Shown piece by piece: positions 60,154 through 64,000 of a stretch of 64,000 bases of DNA; position 1 is the first letter of the stretch, and each line of letters starts with the position of its first letter. The position numbers and the translations under genes are program-made. The stretch is from Acidobacteriota bacterium (lineage in GTDB: Bacteria > Acidobacteriota > Thermoanaerobaculia > Gp7-AA8). Location of the stretch: NCBI GenBank assembly GCA_019244185.1, contig JAFATB010000014.1, forward strand, positions 256,001 through 320,000. Reading direction: 5' to 3'. The notes beneath the pieces are model-generated. The model saw nothing but the letters and a program-made list of their open reading frames with translations, was not told where the DNA came from and made no database searches.

Positions 60154-61156
60154 GCTCGAGCCGTTCGGCCGCGACGCGGTTCCACCCTTGGTCGTGGAAC
60201 TCGCCGCTGTTCGACGTGATGGCGAAGGTGACGTTCTCGCGCGTGAAGTGCAGCAGCAGGGCGTTGTGGCCGACGTCTTCCTGCCCGCGCGCGAACACGA
60301 CCTCGCGCCCGAGCGCGGTCTTCGTCGTGAACCATCCCGAGGCGATGTTCGTCGACGAGTCCGGCCTTACGAGCTTCGGCGTCAGCATCTCCGCGAGCGT
60401 CGACGGTTTCAGGACGCGTCCGTTCGCGAGCGCGAGCCACCAGCGCAGCAGATCGTGCGCGGTCGTCAGCGCACCCGAGGAACCGAGATCGCCCCAGTTG
60501 CGCTTGCGGCGATGCTCGGCCATCGGATGGCTGAATGCGGCGAGGCGCACCTCGTCCGCCGGCGTGGTCGAGCCCCAGAAGCGCATCGTCACGCCGGCGG
60601 GCGTGAAGAGCTGCTGCCGGAGGTAGTCCTCGTAGCGCAGGCCGGACGCGATCTCCACGATCGCGCCGAGGAGCGCGTAGTTGTCGTTGCTGTAGTGAAA
60701 GTCCTTGCCGGTGGTGAGCTTCATCGGCCGCGAAAGCACCGACGCTACCGCGGCGTCGCGTTCGGCGAACCCGTCGGCGGCATAGTTGTCGGAGTAGCCG
60801 CTGGTGTGCGTCAGCAGCTCGGCGATGGTGATCGCGCGTCTGTCGGCGGGCACGTCGAGGAAGAACCGCGTGATCGGATCGTCGAGCGACAGCTTGCCCG
60901 CGTCGCGCAGCCTGAAGATCGCGGTTGCGGTGAAGCTCTTGGTGATCGACGCGACGTAGAAGAGCGACGACGGCGTGATGCCGGTGCCCGCGGCGCGCTC
61001 GTAGACGATGCGATCGCCGCGCGCGATGGCGATCTGTCCGCGGAAGCCGTCGCGCACGAGCTGGTCGACGGCGTCATCCAAAGCGGAGTGTTTCGGCGTC
61101 GCCGCGACGGCGAGCGCGAGACAGACGATGACGAGGAGAACGGCGCTTCGTTTCAT
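60131..61156 (-). CDS. Secreted serine hydrolase, beta-lactamase/AmpC-like family
   Basis: Signal peptide; SITK (SxxK), LLTHTSG, YSN. Confidence 0.92.
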   Translation of the reverse strand: MKRSAVLLVIVCLALAVAATPKHSALDDAVDQLVRDGFRGQIAIARGDRIVYERAAGTGITPSSLFYVASITKSFTATAIFRLRDAGKLSLDDPITRFFLDVPADRRAITIAELLTHTSGYSDNYAADGFAERDAAVASVLSRPMKLTTGKDFHYSNDNYALLGAIVEIASGLRYEDYLRQQLFTPAGVTMRFWGSTTPADEVRLAAFSHPMAEHRRKRNWGDLGSSGALTTAHDLLRWWLALANGRVLKPSTLAEMLTPKLVRPDSSTNIASGWFTTKTALGREVVFARGQEDVGHNALLLHFTRENVTFAITSNSGEFHDQGWNRVAAERLEPLVFADR

Positions 61157-62079
61157 GCAACCTCTCGTTCGATGCGCGACCAGCCGAGCGTCTGCGCGAG
61201 GCGGTCGAGATCCTCGCGAACGATGAGATACCGCAGCTGTCGCACGTCGCCGCGCGCGCGAACGGCGTCGGGCAGCGCGAACCAGAGCCGCGGCGCCACG
61301 AAGACGGGCGCGCCGTCGCGCGTGCGCGGAATCGCGTCCATCGCACGCACGATGCGGAAGACGACGTCGAAGCGCTCCGGCGGGAACAGCTGCGGCAGAT
61401 CCGCGGCGACGCTCGCGGCGCGCGAGCGGTCGGCTTCCGCGACGACGACCCGCCGCTTCCCGCGCCTGGGCGCCAGGTCGCGTGCGAGCCGCGGATCGGG
61501 CTGCACGGCGACGAAGTGCAAGCCGGCCACGCGATGCGGCCAGCGCTCGCGGACTTCGTTGTAGTGAAAGTACGTCGCCAGGATCGGCCCCGGCGGCGGC
61601 TCGCCCGGCGCATCCAGCGAGAACGGCCGCGCGTCGACGTTCCAGCGGCCGCGCAGTTGCTCCGCGTAGTCGGCCGCTTGTCCCGCGCTGCATTCGACGA
61701 CGTGAATGATCGGGACGAGAGCGCGCGGCGAGCGCGGAGCGCCCCACGCGGCGATCCGCGCCGCGAGCACCTCTTGCGAGAGGCCGTACTTCGCCTTCGC
61801 GGTGGCGATCGTGCGGGCGATGAAGGGTTCGTCCGCGGCAACCGGCGCCGTGAGGACGCGCGCGCCGCTGCCGTGCCGCAGCTCGATGAACTGCTGCCGC
61901 GCCAGCTCCTGATACGCGCGGCGGACGGTGTGGAGGTTCACGCGCCAGCTGGCCGCGGCCTCGCGCAGCGGCGGCAGCATCGCGCCTTCGCGCAACTGCC
62001 CCGTCGCGATCCGATACTTCACCGCCTCGGCGATCTGATGGTAAAGCGGGATCGGGTTGGCCGGATCCAGGTCATCCAT
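61153..62079 (-). CDS. GntR-family regulator (YtrA-like HTH) with long C-terminal domain
   Basis: PLYHQI..I..G.L..G..LP.LR..A....VN..TV.RAY..L. Confidence 0.9.
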   Translation of the reverse strand: MDDLDPANPIPLYHQIAEAVKYRIATGQLREGAMLPPLREAAASWRVNLHTVRRAYQELARQQFIELRHGSGARVLTAPVAADEPFIARTIATAKAKYGLSQEVLAARIAAWGAPRSPRALVPIIHVVECSAGQAADYAEQLRGRWNVDARPFSLDAPGEPPPGPILATYFHYNEVRERWPHRVAGLHFVAVQPDPRLARDLAPRRGKRRVVVAEADRSRAASVAADLPQLFPPERFDVVFRIVRAMDAIPRTRDGAPVFVAPRLWFALPDAVRARGDVRQLRYLIVREDLDRLAQTLGWSRIEREVA

Positions 62080-62100
62080 TGTTCTACAACAGTAGAACAA
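62079..62100. promoter_or_regulatory. Palindromic GntR/YtrA-type operator abutting the start codon
   Basis: TTGTTCTAC-aaca-GTAGAACAA, perfect 9-bp inverted repeat. Confidence 0.75.
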
Positions 62101-62154
62101 TCGCACTCGCGCGGAAACCGCGTGGAGGAACGTTTCTGCGACAACCGCGCGCCG

Positions 62155-62676
62155 TTACTGCGGCTGCTGTTGCTGGACCGGGCGGTCGGGCGACGGCACG
62201 GGCGGGTTGCCGCGCACGACGGTGTCCTTCACCGAATAGCCGGCGCCCATCGAGCTCGGGATGCCGGTGGCGTCGTCGCCGCAGCTGAGCGCGATCTTGA
62301 GGACGTGGCGGGCGAAGGGCGACTGGCACTCCTCGGAGACATGCGCGCGGAAGATGCGCGGGCTGCGCGCGACCACGCGGCGGCCGTCGATGAGCACGAC
62401 GAAGTACTCGATGTCGTCGCCGGTCTCGAACTTCGGCAGCACGATGCGGGAGAGCGGGCCTTCGTTCACGCCTTCGACCGAGCACCAGTCGGTCGTGTTG
62501 ATGCGGCGGAAGTACGCGCGCAGCTCGCCCTTTTCAGCGACGCTCATCTGCAGCAGACCGAGCTCGCCCGCGCGAATGCACGTGGTGGGCGTGAAGTCGA
62601 TGGGCGACTTCTTCTGCGCGCTCGCCGCGAACGCCGCGAGCAATCCGATGCCGATGTAGAGCAGCCGTGTCTTCAT
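62155..62676 (-). CDS. Secreted hypothetical protein with four Cys
   Basis: Signal MKTRLLYIGIGLLAAFAASA; GAGG RBS. Confidence 0.75.
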   Translation of the reverse strand: MKTRLLYIGIGLLAAFAASAQKKSPIDFTPTTCIRAGELGLLQMSVAEKGELRAYFRRINTTDWCSVEGVNEGPLSRIVLPKFETGDDIEYFVVLIDGRRVVARSPRIFRAHVSEECQSPFARHVLKIALSCGDDATGIPSSMGAGYSVKDTVVRGNPPVPSPDRPVQQQQPQ

Positions 62677-62716
62677 GTTTGCCTCGAGTAGTTTGCGTGA
62701 TTGTAGCGCTTCGCCT

Positions 62717-63508
62717 TCATGCACGCGAGCCGAGTAACGCCCGCATCCGCTTCAAAAATCCGCCGTTCCGCTCCATCGACGGCTCCGGCTCCCACGCCAG
62801 CGGCCGGTTCTCGATGACCGCGCCCGGATTGCGCCGCGTCACCGCGTCCGCCACGTCGTCCCCCGCCACCGCTCGCACGACCTCCAGTGCCTCGCGCATC
62901 TTCGGCGGACGCTTGGTCGTGTTGTGGGCATCCGTTGCCACGATGTGCACGAGTCCGCGGCGCAGCCATTTCTCCGCGGCCACGCGCGCCTCGGGACCGA
63001 ACGCGCCGGTGAAGCTGCCCGCGGTGATCTGCGTCTTCATGCCGAGGTCGATGAGAGACGCGAGGAGGTTCGACTTCGACTGGAAGACGATGTTCCGCTC
63101 CGGATGCGCGAGGATCGGGATCCAGCCGTCGAGCTGCATGCGATACAGCGGCTGATCGAGCAGCGGCGGCACGCTGTTGGACGCGAGCTCGATGAGGATG
63201 TAGCGGCTGCCCGCCAGCGGAACGATCGCCGTGCCCTCGCGCAGAACTTCGGCCACGTCGTGGCCGAAGAAGTACTCGGAACCGAGGAGGAGGCGAGGGG
63301 AGGCGCCGACCTTCTCGCGCAGCGTGGCGATGCGCGCCTCGAGCTCGTCGCGCCGCGCGCTGCGCCAGCGTCCGCGCAAGACGTGCGGCGTGGCCACGAT
63401 CGTGTCGATGCCCTCGTCCGCGGCCATGCGGCACATAGCCACCGCCTCGTCCCATTCGCGCGGCCCGTCGTCGACGTTGGGGAGGCAGTGATGATGGATG
63501 TCGATCAT
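62717..63508 (-). CDS. PHP-family tyrosine phosphatase (CpsB/CapC/YwqE)
   Basis: MIDIHHH.LP.VDDG, ATPH, AHPERN, ATDAH. Confidence 0.93.
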   Translation of the reverse strand: MIDIHHHCLPNVDDGPREWDEAVAMCRMAADEGIDTIVATPHVLRGRWRSARRDELEARIATLREKVGASPRLLLGSEYFFGHDVAEVLREGTAIVPLAGSRYILIELASNSVPPLLDQPLYRMQLDGWIPILAHPERNIVFQSKSNLLASLIDLGMKTQITAGSFTGAFGPEARVAAEKWLRRGLVHIVATDAHNTTKRPPKMREALEVVRAVAGDDVADAVTRRNPGAVIENRPLAWEPEPSMERNGGFLKRMRALLGSRA

Positions 63509-63523
63509 GCCCGGCACGCGCGA

Positions 63524-64000
63524 CTACCTCGCCTGCCGTTCGCGCGCGCCGCCGGTCTCTTCTTCCGAGTCGGCGTAATACGAGTAGTAGCTCTTGCGGT
63601 ACGTGTAGCCGTACTGATGGAGATCGAGGTTGTTGAGCAGCGCGCCGAGCACGGGGATGTTCGACTGCCGCAGCCGCTCGGCGGAGCGCTGCACGAGCTC
63701 GCGCGGCGTCTGGCCGCCATGCACGGTGAGCACGACGCCGTCCGCGCTCGCGGCGAGCACGATCGCGTCGGTCACGGCGAGCACCGGCGGCGAGTCGAAG
63801 ATCACGTACGCGAACTTGCTGCGCACGTCTTCGATGAGATGCTTCATGCGATCCGAGGCGAGGAGCTCGGAGGGATTCGGCGGAATCGGCCCGGAGAGCA
63901 CGATCGAGAGGTTCGGCACTTCCGTCGGCTGCACGATGTCCTCGAGCGGGATGCTCGCCGCGAGGTAGTTCACGAGACCGAGATTCAGCTTGCCGGGGAA
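63524..64000 (-). CDS. BY-kinase (CpsD/CapB/Wzc-type), C-terminal part, 5' partial
   Basis: SGPIPPNPSELL, VIFDSPPVLAVTDA, Tyr cluster YGYTYRKSYYSYY. Confidence 0.92.
   Translation of the reverse strand, partial: FPGKLNLGLVNYLAASIPLEDIVQPTEVPNLSIVLSGPIPPNPSELLASDRMKHLIEDVRSKFAYVIFDSPPVLAVTDAIVLAASADGVVLTVHGGQTPRELVQRSAERLRQSNIPVLGALLNNLDLHQYGYTYRKSYYSYYADSEEETGGARERQAR

Overview
High-GC bacterial chromosomal window, most likely Acidobacteriota (Thermoanaerobaculia-like). This is inferred from gene content and protein style, not from a marker gene. Layout: (1) 1-11.3 kb, nuoC-D-H-I-J-K-L-M-N with no nuoEFG at the usual position (a 119-bp heptamer-repeat palindrome sits there), running directly into the Fo genes atpZ-I-B-E. 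(2) 11.6-13.9 kb, an XRE-HTH/TPR/secreted-protein operon. (3) 13.9-37 kb, a cell-surface locus in which wzm and wzt are separated by three secreted-protein genes (a 7-bladed FG-GAP protein, a probably highly expressed 462-aa S-layer-like candidate and a 1759-aa PKD protein), followed by glycosyl-, methyl-, acetyl- and acyltransferases, a deacetylase, an unusual PIG-L/GT2/coiled-coil fusion and a diguanylate cyclase. (4) 37-55 kb, mostly housekeeping (tpiA-secG-tRNA-Leu, accC/biotin carrier, RRM protein, queD, apt, acyP, pcm, surE, pdxA, Hfq-like, etfBA), plus a pseudokinase/pseudocyclase membrane protein and an amber-interrupted pectate lyase. (5) 55.5-64 kb, an ECF sigma/anti-sigma/TonB-receptor module, a GntR-serine hydrolase pair with a visible operator, and the end of a cpsD/cpsB capsule-regulation operon. 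I saw no CRISPR array, rRNA, integrase or transposase. All calls come from reading motifs by eye; no database searches were run.
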